Assembly (NCBI GenBank): GCA_035476635.1
Contig: DATILI010000168.1
Coordinates: 12,760-76,759 of the forward strand
DNA: 64,000 nucleotides
Reading direction: 5' to 3'
DNA from: Burkholderiaceae bacterium
Lineage (GTDB): Bacteria; Pseudomonadota; Gammaproteobacteria; Burkholderiales; Burkholderiaceae_C
The position numbers and the translations under genes were made by a program. Positions 43,462-51,731 of the stretch are shown here, one piece after another. Numbering within the stretch: the first letter of the stretch is position 1; each line of letters opens with the position of its first letter. The notes beneath the pieces are model-generated. The model made no database searches. It was not told the DNA's origin and saw only the letters and a list, made by a program, of their open reading frames with translations.

Positions 43462-44621
43462 ACGCCAAGGCGAGGATCGCTGTCGTCGGCGCAGGTCCGT
43501 CCGGGATGTACGCCGTGCAGCACCTGCTTGAACAACATGACATGGATCTCGAGATCGACGTCTTCGAACGCCTGCCGACGCCATGGGGGCTGGTGCGCTA
43601 CGGCGTCGCGCCCGACCATCCCGAGAAGAAGATGGTCGCGCAGCGGCTGTTTCACTTCCTGCTCAACAAGCCCGAAGTGCGCTTCATCGGCAATGTCGAG
43701 ATCGGAACCGACGTATCGGCTGACGAACTGGCGGCATGGTATGACGGCGTCGTCTACGCCACAGGGGCCCAGGGCGACTTGCGCATGGGCATTCCCGGCG
43801 AAGATCTGCCCGGGTGTGCCGCCGCCCGTGAGTTCGTGTCCTGGTACAACGGGCACCCGGACTATCGGCATCTGGAGTTCGACCTCTCCGGCGAGCGGGT
43901 CGTGATCGTCGGCAACGGCAACGTCGCGCTCGATGTCGCCCGCATCCTGACGCTGCCGATCGAGCAATTGGCCAGGACCGACATTGCCGTGCACGCCTTG
44001 TCGGCGCTGGCGCGCAGCCGCATCCGCGAGGTGCTCATCGTGGGTCGGCGCGGCTGGCGGCAGAGCGCGTTCAACTCCCCCGAGTTCGAGGAGCTGCTGC
44101 ATCTGGACGATGTCGAGGTCGCCGTCGAGGGAGAAAGCGACCTGACGGCCGCCTGCAACGACAAGAATGCGGACTGGGCACAGCGCCTGAAAAACCGGGT
44201 GCTTAGCCAGCTGCTGGCGCGGCGCATCGACCACCCGGCCAAGCGGATCGTATTCCGGTTCATGGCCTCGCCGGTGGGCCTCTTCGGGGACGGCAGGGTC
44301 CAGCGGCTCGAACTTGGCAACAACGCGCTGAAACACGACGAGCGCGGCGCGCTGCTGGCGGTGCCGACGGACGAGCGGCAGACGATCGAGACCGGCATGG
44401 TGCTGCGGGCCATCGGATACCGCGGCCGGCCGACGCAGGGGTCTGCCTTTGACCGAAATCGCGGCACGCGCCGAACTCCCGCATCCCTCCGTGCACAGAG
44501 TGCTCCAGCAGCTGAGCGCGGAACGGCTGGTCGACCGCAATGCCGAGCTCAAACGCTATCGCCTCGGTCCGCTTGCCTTCGAGCTCGGCATGGCCGGCTC
44601 GACGATGTACGACATCCATGA
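43458..44621 (+). pseudogene. fprA: FprA-like ferredoxin-NADP+ reductase, 3'-truncated (reads out of frame into an IclR gene fragment)
   Basis: The N-terminal ~330 aa is collinear with recalled M. tuberculosis FprA: IAVVGAGPSGMY, LPTPWGLVRYGVAPDHPEKK, VVIVGNGNVALDVARIL and RAIGYRGRPTQG. After about 44466 the frame yields Arg/Ala-rich junk. The C-terminal ~110 aa, including the GW.KRGP motif, is absent. Confidence 0.65.
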
Positions 44622-45153
44622 CCTTTGCGCGCCCTCGATGGACGTCGTTGCCAGGGAAACGGCGGACACCGTCTACCTGGTGATGCGAAGTGGGTTCGAT
44701 GCGGTCTGCATGCACCGGCTCGAAGGCTCCTTTCCCATCCGAACACTCGTTCTGGAAGTAGGCAGCCGCCGACCGCTGGGTGTCGGGGCCGGGGGACTGG
44801 CGATTCTCGCCGCCATCGCCACCGCGGAACGCGGCGAAATCATCGAGCGTGTGTCGCCCAGCCTGAGCCGCTTCAGCAAGATGGGCTCCAGTGAGCTGAT
44901 CCGGGCCTGTCGGCGAACCGACGAACTTGGCTACGCACTGATCAAGAACAACGTCAACCTCGGGGTGTGCGCCGTAGGCCAGCCGTTCCGGGATGCCATG
45001 GGCCAACCCATGGGCGCCCTGAGTGTGGCCGCGCTGACGCAGCGCATGACGGCCGAGCGCATCAGAGGCGTCGCGAGCCTGTTGAAGAACGCATGTGCGG
45101 ACGTCGAGCAACGCCTGCGATCGCCGCGCCGCGGCGGATGGGAGGTCGGATGA
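44449..45153 (+). CDS. IclR-family regulator lacking the first ~25 residues of the wHTH (5'-truncated; possible TTG start)
   Basis: Begins mid-HTH at LTEIAARAELPHPSVHRVLQQLSAERLV, followed by a complete IclR effector domain. There is no room or frame for the normal N-terminal helix because fprA sequence occupies the upstream DNA. Confidence 0.6.
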   Translation: MTEIAARAELPHPSVHRVLQQLSAERLVDRNAELKRYRLGPLAFELGMAGSTMYDIHDLCAPSMDVVARETADTVYLVMRSGFDAVCMHRLEGSFPIRTLVLEVGSRRPLGVGAGGLAILAAIATAERGEIIERVSPSLSRFSKMGSSELIRACRRTDELGYALIKNNVNLGVCAVGQPFRDAMGQPMGALSVAALTQRMTAERIRGVASLLKNACADVEQRLRSPRRGGWEVG

Positions 45154-45192
45154 TCGATTGGAGCGCCGCCCCTTTTCGAAAACATCAACACT

Positions 45193-45915
45193 TCAACCGC
45201 GCACCAGCGTCGTCGTCAGGGCGTAGCGGTCGCCGGGGTAGATCGACCGGGTTGCCAGCACCACGGCCTTTGACGCATCGCGGTACTTCCGGATGATCTT
45301 CAGCCCGTGGGTGTTCTGCGTCAGCTTGAGCTTCTCCAGCACGGTACCGGAGATGATGCAGGACGTCACCGTCTGTTCGACCTTCACGATCTGCCGGCCA
45401 TAGTTGCTCTCGATCAGGTCCGACAACAGCTTGTCGGGATGGTCGGCAGCGAGAACGTGCATTTTCTTGTAGTGCGAATCGACGTAAGCGTCGGTCCAGT
45501 TCAAAGGAATCTGCCCCCCGGCTTTGGTACGCGTCATCGAAATGCGCAGCCAGCGCGAACCTGGCACGCATCCAAGCTCGCGAGCCAGCGGGATATCCAG
45601 GACGACTTCCGCACTGTCTTGCACTTGCCGGATAGCGGACTTCGCAAAGCTGATGAGGTCGTCAAGCGTAGTCAGCGACTGCGAGTAGGACGCGCTGCCC
45701 GGCTGCGCCTCGACGGTCGAGCCGCGGTTGCGCTTGCGAGAAATCAGCCCCATCGTTTCGATTTGACTGAGCGCCGAACGGACGGTATTGCGGCTGGCGC
45801 CATAGCTCCCCATCAGTTGATACTCTGTCGGCAACAACGACCCGACCGCGAACTCACCCGAGGAAATCTTCTGGGTCAGATCGGCCGCGATCTGCTGGTA
45901 GAGGGCAAGGGGCAC
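45193..45915 (-). CDS. GntR-family transcriptional regulator (HutC/UTRA subfamily)
   Basis: MPLALYQQIAADLTQKISSGEFAVGSLLPTEYQLMGSYGASRNTVRSALSQIETMGLI, followed by a UTRA-like C-terminal domain. Confidence 0.88.
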   Translation of the reverse strand: MPLALYQQIAADLTQKISSGEFAVGSLLPTEYQLMGSYGASRNTVRSALSQIETMGLISRKRNRGSTVEAQPGSASYSQSLTTLDDLISFAKSAIRQVQDSAEVVLDIPLARELGCVPGSRWLRISMTRTKAGGQIPLNWTDAYVDSHYKKMHVLAADHPDKLLSDLIESNYGRQIVKVEQTVTSCIISGTVLEKLKLTQNTHGLKIIRKYRDASKAVVLATRSIYPGDRYALTTTLVRG

Positions 45916-45947
45916 GGTACCTCATGGGCGATGAATAGCTTTGCAGT

Positions 45948-46252
45948 CTAGCCGAGGCCCGCGCAGGCTCGGGCGGCCAGCGCCAGCCCGCCGAGGGCCA
46001 ATACCCGGAACACGCTGCGCCAGTTGCGGTGCACGCTGGTGATGTCAGGCGCCATCGCGGCCCACAGGCTGGCCGGCTGAACAGCCCGATGCCCGCGACC
46101 AGAGGTTTGCGGCGGCCCCAGCGGTCGAACAGCGGCCCGCAGAGCAGCTGCCCCACCGCCAGGCCGAGAAAGAAGATCGACAAGCTCTGCGGCACTGCCG
46201 CGGCGGATGTCCGCAAGTCCTGCTGCACGGCCGGCAGTGCGGGAAGAAACAT
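45948..46252 (-). pseudogene. MFS transporter (Bcr/CflA-like) remnant, 5'- and 3'-truncated with a frameshift
   Basis: DMFLPALPAVQQDL..SLSIFFLGLAVGQLLCGPLFDRWGRRKPLVAGIGLF is the MFS TM1-TM2 loop signature. The continuation ASLWAAMAPDITS.. is in another frame and stops at 45948. Confidence 0.6.
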
Positions 46253-46339
46253 GTCGGGCGGCGGATTCCAGTGGCGGCCAGTTCGCCGGCGCCTTCGGAC
46301 TCAGATTTGAACGGCAGACTCAGTGCATCGCTCTGGGCC

Positions 46340-46618
46340 TCAGAGCAGATGAGCACGCTGTGCGCCAACCGCCTTGCATAGCCGGCACCGACCGCAGGCG
46401 ACGTTGAACGGCACTGACACGATGTCGCCGACCTCGAGGGTCTCGACGTCCTTTCCCGCCTCGAGCACCTCACCCGTGATCTCGTGTCCCAGGACCAAGC
46501 CTGCCGGCGCCGTTGTCCTGCCGCGGACCATATGTTGATCAGACCCGCAGATGTTGGTGCTGAGCACTTTCAGGATCACCCCATGGTTTGCGGTCCGTCC
46601 CCGCGGATTCAACAACAT
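46340..46618 (-). pseudogene. Glutathione-independent formaldehyde dehydrogenase (Zn-ADH, FdhA-like) 5' fragment
   Basis: HGVILKVLSTNICGSDQHMVRGRTTAPAGLVLGHEITGEVLEAGKDVETLEVGDIVSVPFNVACGRCRLCK closely matches residues ~35-110 of recalled P. putida FdhA. The ORF stops right after this, and upstream codons are frame-broken. Confidence 0.7.
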
Positions 46619-46764
46619 TGGATATTACTTCCTTGGGTGTGACGGCTGCAAGTTCCAGCTCGCTTTCTACCAAATTGCGCATCGCACGCCAGACGGAACC
46701 AAACGTGCGTCCCGCCCGATGTGGATTCGCCATGTGTTCGACTTGGCCAATCGTATCGCCTGGT

Positions 46765-47003
46765 CTAAACCCAGAACGGATTAAAAATCGGGCCGCCTCT
46801 TCCTGCCAAGAGTTGTCGGTATCGGCAGAGGTTAAATTTTCGCTTGATCCCATACGCGAGGGCATTCTTCAGTACGGCCGGATTCCGTGGCTGTATTCCG
46901 GCGTGAGGGAAACGAAGCCATCGAAACTCGACAGCGCCTGCGCCCACTTACGCGCAACTTCGTTGGTGGGAGGCACCGCCGCGGGCGTCCCCGTGACGAT
47001 GTC
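46765..47003 (-). pseudogene. NAD(P)H-dependent FMN reductase remnant (frameshifted, N-terminus missing)
   Basis: ..FDGFVSLTPEYSHGI.. and, in another frame, PAVLKNALAYG resemble the TPEYN..PG.LKNA.D core of this family (compare intact 50083..50622). Confidence 0.45.
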
Positions 47004-47005
47004 CT

Positions 47006-48142
47006 TCACAGCCCAAATAACTTTCGAGCCTTCGGCACCAGCATATGGGTGGCCTTCACCTTCCGGTTGACCCAAGACGCACGGACCACGCCGACGGGCG
47101 ACGGAAAGTGGGTGACACCACTGTTTCGCCCCAGAGTTACCGCCATCATCGGATTGCCAGTCTTCGCCTTGTAGGTTTTGAGCGGGGTACGGTTGTCATC
47201 GAGTAGCGCGACGATATTGGCTGCGGCAACGTCGACGTGGCCGCGAGTAATCCAAGCCATCTTGTTCTCGGCAAGGTCAGTGATGTCGCCGAGTGCGAAC
47301 AATCTTTCTTGGCCGAGTACCCGTAGTTCCGGCGTCACCCGCACTTGGCCTTTGGGGTTCAGGACGTGTGCGAACTTCGGTTGCAGGTAGCCGGTGTTCG
47401 GCCGCCCACCCACGCACCACAACAACAGGTCGTACGAAATCTGCCGACCGGCAGTGGTCGTCGCCGTTCCGCCCGCAGCGAAAATTTCGCCCGGCGAGTG
47501 CTCATGGCCTTCCAATCGATCGCCAGTAATGATGGTGACCCCACGAGCCGCCAACACGGACGCAGCGTGCGCGGCCGCCTTCTCTGACGTGCCGGCCAAC
47601 AGCCGGGGCCCCGCTTCGATCAGGGTGATGGCCTTGCCGGGCCAGGTTTCGCTGATCTCACCGGCAATTTCCACGCCGATGGGCCCACCGCCGACGATCA
47701 ATACACGTTTCGTGGCGTTCAATCGCTCGTGGAAGCGCGCATAAAAATCCTTGCGCTCGCCGCCAGACCCCTCGACAGCACGCACCAGTTCGCTGGCGAA
47801 CCGACTGCCTGTGGCGAGTACGGTGATGTCGCCCGAGATCAGTGACTGCTGTCCGCTCGACGTTTCGATCAAGCCGCCATCGGGTTGCAGTTCAACGAGT
47901 CTTGCGCGCACATGCTCGACTTCCGGCAGAGCGTCGGCAAACGACATGATCGCGCGCTCCGCGAAATCGGGCTGCACGAGGTTTCGCGGGGCGGCCATGG
48001 GTACTTCGAAATAATCGAGCGGATCGACCAAAGTCACCTTGGCCTTACCGCTCAGCCTTTTCGCGAGTTGCGCCCCGCCCACACCGCCGCCATAGATCAC
48101 GATTTGAGCATCCACGTGTTTGTGTTGTTTCTGATTCACCAA
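47006..48142 (-). CDS. FAD-dependent pyridine nucleotide-disulfide oxidoreductase (AIF/FSP1/NDH-2-like)
   Basis: IVIYGGGVGGAQLAKRL and VLIVGGGPIGVEIAGE form two Rossmann motifs, and ALGDITD is present. 378 aa. A GGAGAC RBS favours the GTG at 48139 as the true start. Confidence 0.88.
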   Translation of the reverse strand: MVNQKQHKHVDAQIVIYGGGVGGAQLAKRLSGKAKVTLVDPLDYFEVPMAAPRNLVQPDFAERAIMSFADALPEVEHVRARLVELQPDGGLIETSSGQQSLISGDITVLATGSRFASELVRAVEGSGGERKDFYARFHERLNATKRVLIVGGGPIGVEIAGEISETWPGKAITLIEAGPRLLAGTSEKAAAHAASVLAARGVTIITGDRLEGHEHSPGEIFAAGGTATTTAGRQISYDLLLWCVGGRPNTGYLQPKFAHVLNPKGQVRVTPELRVLGQERLFALGDITDLAENKMAWITRGHVDVAAANIVALLDDNRTPLKTYKAKTGNPMMAVTLGRNSGVTHFPSPVGVVRASWVNRKVKATHMLVPKARKLFGL

Positions 48143-48513
48143 AGTCTCCGTCTAGGAATAGCTAACAATTTTTTGTTGACCACCATGCGATCGTGGGAAT
48201 TTGCATTCGCGGCGGTCATTGCGAGCCGCTTACATCCACTAAGAGATCAAGACTGGCGACGTGTGAGCCCGATCGATCGAAGGTGAAGCCCTCAACCTCC
48301 GAGGCCGAAACACGAAATCGCTGATGTTCAGTGTATCGCGTCGTGGACTTTTCGCGTAGTCCGGATGATTGCCATAGACCGCATCATTCAGCACATCATT
48401 GAAGAGGAGTTGTCGGGCTGATCCACATCGGCAGCCCGATGACGCCCGCGGTACGGGCGACACATGGGCCATCATTTCGACGATGTTCCCCTGCGCCGAC
48501 GCCAGTGCCAGGA

Positions 48514-48607
48514 GCACGCCGGCCCACGCCCCGAAGGCCCGATGGAACGTGCTCGACTCGGAAAGTCCCATCACGCGTGGCAATTTCCTGGAGTCTCGGA
48601 TCGCCAT
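48514..48607 (-). pseudogene. Possible AraC-family C-terminal stub
   Basis: ..LPRVMGLSESSTFHRAFGAWAGV resembles the end of the AraC HTH (compare VGFFDLSTFHRAFKHWTGV in 50619..51629). Only about 30 residues, so weak. Confidence 0.3.
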
Positions 48608-49791
48608 CAGCTGACGTTGCCGTTCTGGATAAGCGTCGCCAGTTCGTCAGCGGTGATGCCAGCTTCGAGAAGAACCTCAGCCGTGTCTGCTCCCGGTGTG
48701 GATGCCGATCGGTGTGCAGTGCATCGCTCATGACCAAACTTGAGTGCGCCGCCGAGTGATGGTGCACCGTCGTCGTTCCGCGAGACCACGCCACGATGGA
48801 CGAAATGGGGATGGGCGAGAGCTTCATCGAATCGCAACACAGGGGTCACGCAGGCTTCGGAATCTTGGAAAACTTGCGCCCAGTGTTGCATTGCGCGCGC
48901 TTGGAACACCTCAGCGAGCTGCGAGCGCACGTACTGCTCGGTTTGCGGATTGCCTGTTCGGTGCAGCGGCTCAAGGTCGGGCCGGTCCAGCACCCGGCAC
49001 ATCGACACCCAAAATTTCCTCTCGAGCGCACCAACGGCCACATAACGCCCATCGGAAGTCCTGTAGAACGCATAGCACGCCAGTCCGCCCGTCAACGCTG
49101 TTTCCCCGAACTGCGGATTGCGTCCGTTCTGCCGTAGTAGGGCCAGCGGCAGGACCGCGTGCGCAAGCACCCCATCCGCAATCGAAACGTCTATGTGGCG
49201 GCCCGACCCCGTGCGTGCCGCATCGAAAAGGGCGGCAAGGACTCCCATAGTCGTAGTCGATGTGCCGCCCAGCAGGTCGGAGATAGGAAGGTTGCTGAGC
49301 GCTGGGCCATCAGTTCCTGCGCACTGGTCAGCGACGCCGCTGAGTGCGATGTAGTTGATGTCGTGACCTGGGAGCTGGTGCAGCGGCCCGTCCTGCCCAA
49401 AGCCACTGACGCTGCAGTACACGATTGATGGATTTACACGAACCACATCCTCATAACCCGCGCCAAGACGCGCCATCACGCCCGGTCGGAAGCCCTCTAC
49501 GAGAACGTGCGCACGACTGCACAAATGAAGGAGGATGTCGCGCCCAGCAGCGGTCTTCAGGTTCAGACGGATACTGCGCTTGCCCCGATTGACAGCCGCC
49601 CTCAGTCCCGGACTTGCGTAGTCGCCGGCGCCGGTGTCTTCCACCTTGATCACGTCAGCGCCTAGGTCGGCGAGGTGCTGGGTCGCCAAGGGACCGGGAA
49701 GCAGGCGAGACAAGTCGACGACCAAGATTCCCTTTAGCGGAGGCACTTTGAAGCTGTTGTTATGGGGTACGTTTTCCATCTGGATGGACAT
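48607..49791 (-). CDS. Family III CoA-transferase (CaiB/BaiF; alpha-methylacyl-CoA racemase-like)
   Basis: Start at MSIQMENV. PLKGILVVDLSRLLPGPLATQHLADLGADVIKVE, LVEGFRPGVMARLG and SGFGQDGP are present. Confidence 0.9.
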   Translation of the reverse strand: MSIQMENVPHNNSFKVPPLKGILVVDLSRLLPGPLATQHLADLGADVIKVEDTGAGDYASPGLRAAVNRGKRSIRLNLKTAAGRDILLHLCSRAHVLVEGFRPGVMARLGAGYEDVVRVNPSIVYCSVSGFGQDGPLHQLPGHDINYIALSGVADQCAGTDGPALSNLPISDLLGGTSTTTMGVLAALFDAARTGSGRHIDVSIADGVLAHAVLPLALLRQNGRNPQFGETALTGGLACYAFYRTSDGRYVAVGALERKFWVSMCRVLDRPDLEPLHRTGNPQTEQYVRSQLAEVFQARAMQHWAQVFQDSEACVTPVLRFDEALAHPHFVHRGVVSRNDDGAPSLGGALKFGHERCTAHRSASTPGADTAEVLLEAGITADELATLIQNGNVS

Positions 49792-49863
49792 CCTCGAATT
49801 TCGGCTACAGTCCGGAAAAATCAGTGCGCGTGGCAATTTACATGACTCCCTAGTCATAGCTGC

Positions 49864-49879
49864 ACAACTGGCCAGTTGT
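49864..49879. promoter_or_regulatory. Perfect 16-bp palindrome ACAACTGGCCAGTTGT (candidate operator)
   Basis: Read directly, in the 291-nt divergent region between 48607..49791(-) and 50083..50622(+). A second inverted repeat ATGACT-N4-AGTCAT sits at 49842-49857. Confidence 0.4.
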
Positions 49880-50082
49880 TGCTGCTGATGGAATTCTCGA
49901 ACCGGAACTCGCCCTCGATTGAAGTCGAAGGCGCTGGCGCAATTTGTGTCGGCGTCGGCGCCGGCGCCGAGCCGGATGGCCAAATCCCATTGGCAGCAAC
50001 AGGTAGCTTTGCGCGGGCGTTTCGCCTAAGGTTTCGTTAGATTCGGTGCACCGGCTTGTGCACAGCCCTTCAAGGAGAGTTC

Positions 50083-50622
50083 ATGGAAATCGCGGTCCTC
50101 TGCGGAAGTCTTCGCTCGGGGTCTTACAACAGGGCTCTCGCCGACTCGCTCGGCGAACTTGCGCCGGCGGACATGAACTTCGTCATTGCACCGGACATCG
50201 GCGGCCTGGCTCACTACAGCGCGGATACCCAGGCCGTCGCGATCCCGGCCGAAGTCGAGCGGCTTGGCACCTCGCTGCGCAATGCTGCTGCCGTCGTCAT
50301 CGTGACGCCTGAGTACAACTACTCGATTCCGGGCGTCCTGAAGAACGCAATCGACTGGATTTCGCGCCTGCCGCAGCAACCGTTCAAGGACAAGCCGGTT
50401 CTCATCCAGTCGGTCTCCACCGGAGCGCTTGGCGGTGCACGTGCGCAATACCACCTCCGACAGGTGCTGGTTTTCCTTGAGGCGCGCGTGTTCAACCGCC
50501 CCGAGGTGATGGTATCGGCAGCCGCACTGAAGTTCGCCGCGGGCAAGCTGCAGGACGAGGCCACGCGCGAGATCGTGGGTAAGCAACTCGCATTGTTCAA
50601 GCGATTCGTCGAGAACAATTGA
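50083..50622 (+). CDS. NADPH-dependent FMN reductase (ChrR/YieF-like)
   Basis: AAGGAGAG RBS. MEIAVLCGSLRSGSYNRALA and VIVTPEYNYSIPGVLKNAIDWISR are present. Confidence 0.88.
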   Translation: MEIAVLCGSLRSGSYNRALADSLGELAPADMNFVIAPDIGGLAHYSADTQAVAIPAEVERLGTSLRNAAAVVIVTPEYNYSIPGVLKNAIDWISRLPQQPFKDKPVLIQSVSTGALGGARAQYHLRQVLVFLEARVFNRPEVMVSAAALKFAAGKLQDEATREIVGKQLALFKRFVENN

Positions 50623-51629
50623 GTAGCCCGCCGCAGCACACTGTTTCCATCCAGCAGGTGCACGGCATCCTGCTCGGCGCACGTCATACTGGCTTGGCCA
50701 TCGATCCCTTGCTCGACGACGCCGGTATTCAGAGTGCACTGCTGGAGTCGCCCCTCGCGCGTGTATCCCAGCGGCAGTACGCCAAACTTGTACTCGTCCT
50801 GCGGCGCAAGATGCGCGACGAGTTATGGGGCCTGCTTTCGTCGCCGCTTCGTCCCGGCACGTTCGGTCAGTGCATGCGCAGGGCGACCGGATGCGCTACC
50901 CTGCGCGAGGCGATGCGCGAAGCGTTTTCTTTCTACCACCTGCAGCAAGCTAGCCTTGTGCCGCGACTGAGCGTGGCGAACGGCATCGCCAAAGTTCAGA
51001 TCGTCCAGCGTGGGCAGGAAGACATGCGGCTCCATTTCGGTGCGAAGGCGTTTGCGCTCTTCACATTCAATGCAGCATCGTGGCTCGTCGCAAGGCGCAT
51101 ACCGTTGCTCGGCGTGGACTACACCGCAGAGCAGGGAAGCGCCGACATGTCGCGCGTTTACCAGGTACCCATCCGCTACGGCCAGCCACATGTTGGCTTC
51201 GCATTCGAGGCGCGGTGGCTCACGCTACCCGTCGTGCAATCGCCGGAGAGCCTGCGCGAATTCCTTCAGCGGGCGCCGGCGAACCTGATAGTGAAGTACC
51301 GCGACAGCCGCAAGGTGAGTGACCGCGTGGGGCAGCTTTTGTGCAGGCGGATCGGCGGCGACCTGCCGACCGTTGAGGAAGTCGCGAAGTCGCTCGCGAT
51401 GACGCCGCAGACACTGCGCCGCAGGTTGCGCGAGGAGGGCCGTGTGTTCCGTGCGATGAAGGACGAGATCCGCAGGGACGCTGCGGTTGAGTTCCTGACA
51501 CAGACCATGCTGCCGCTCCAGGAAGTCGCCACGCGCGTCGGCTTCTTTGATCTCAGCACGTTCCATCGCGCCTTCAAGCACTGGACCGGCGTTGCACCCG
51601 GCACCTACCGTGCGGAAAGGGCACGTTGA
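50619..51629 (+). CDS. AraC-family transcriptional regulator
   Basis: TTG start overlapping the preceding stop. The C-terminus EVAKSLAMTPQTLRRRLREEG..VATRVGFFDLSTFHRAFKHWTGVAPGTYR is a double HTH. Confidence 0.88.
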   Translation: MSSPPQHTVSIQQVHGILLGARHTGLAIDPLLDDAGIQSALLESPLARVSQRQYAKLVLVLRRKMRDELWGLLSSPLRPGTFGQCMRRATGCATLREAMREAFSFYHLQQASLVPRLSVANGIAKVQIVQRGQEDMRLHFGAKAFALFTFNAASWLVARRIPLLGVDYTAEQGSADMSRVYQVPIRYGQPHVGFAFEARWLTLPVVQSPESLREFLQRAPANLIVKYRDSRKVSDRVGQLLCRRIGGDLPTVEEVAKSLAMTPQTLRRRLREEGRVFRAMKDEIRRDAAVEFLTQTMLPLQEVATRVGFFDLSTFHRAFKHWTGVAPGTYRAERAR

Positions 51630-51731
51630 ACACGCGTTGGGCGGTTTTGCCAAGCGGAATGTCACGGGATGCGATTGGCGCGGCGGCGAACTTTGCCGAC
51701 ACTCCAGCGCTTCACTCACGAAAGATTCGAG

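Noticed and set aside
43117-43584. 155-aa minus-strand ORF overlapping the ferredoxin gene and the fprA start.
   Set aside because: It is antisense to a ferredoxin with a perfect cysteine-motif pattern, and its translation is Arg-rich with no motifs.
44446-44469. Both the FprA-like frame (FDRNRGT, compared with FprA FDDQSGT) and the IclR frame (LTEIAAR) appear to match their families over the same 24 nt.
   Set aside because: Both cannot be ancestral, so one match is coincidental. I therefore give the deletion junction only as an interval (about 44440-44470) and do not claim an exact breakpoint or an in-frame functional fusion.
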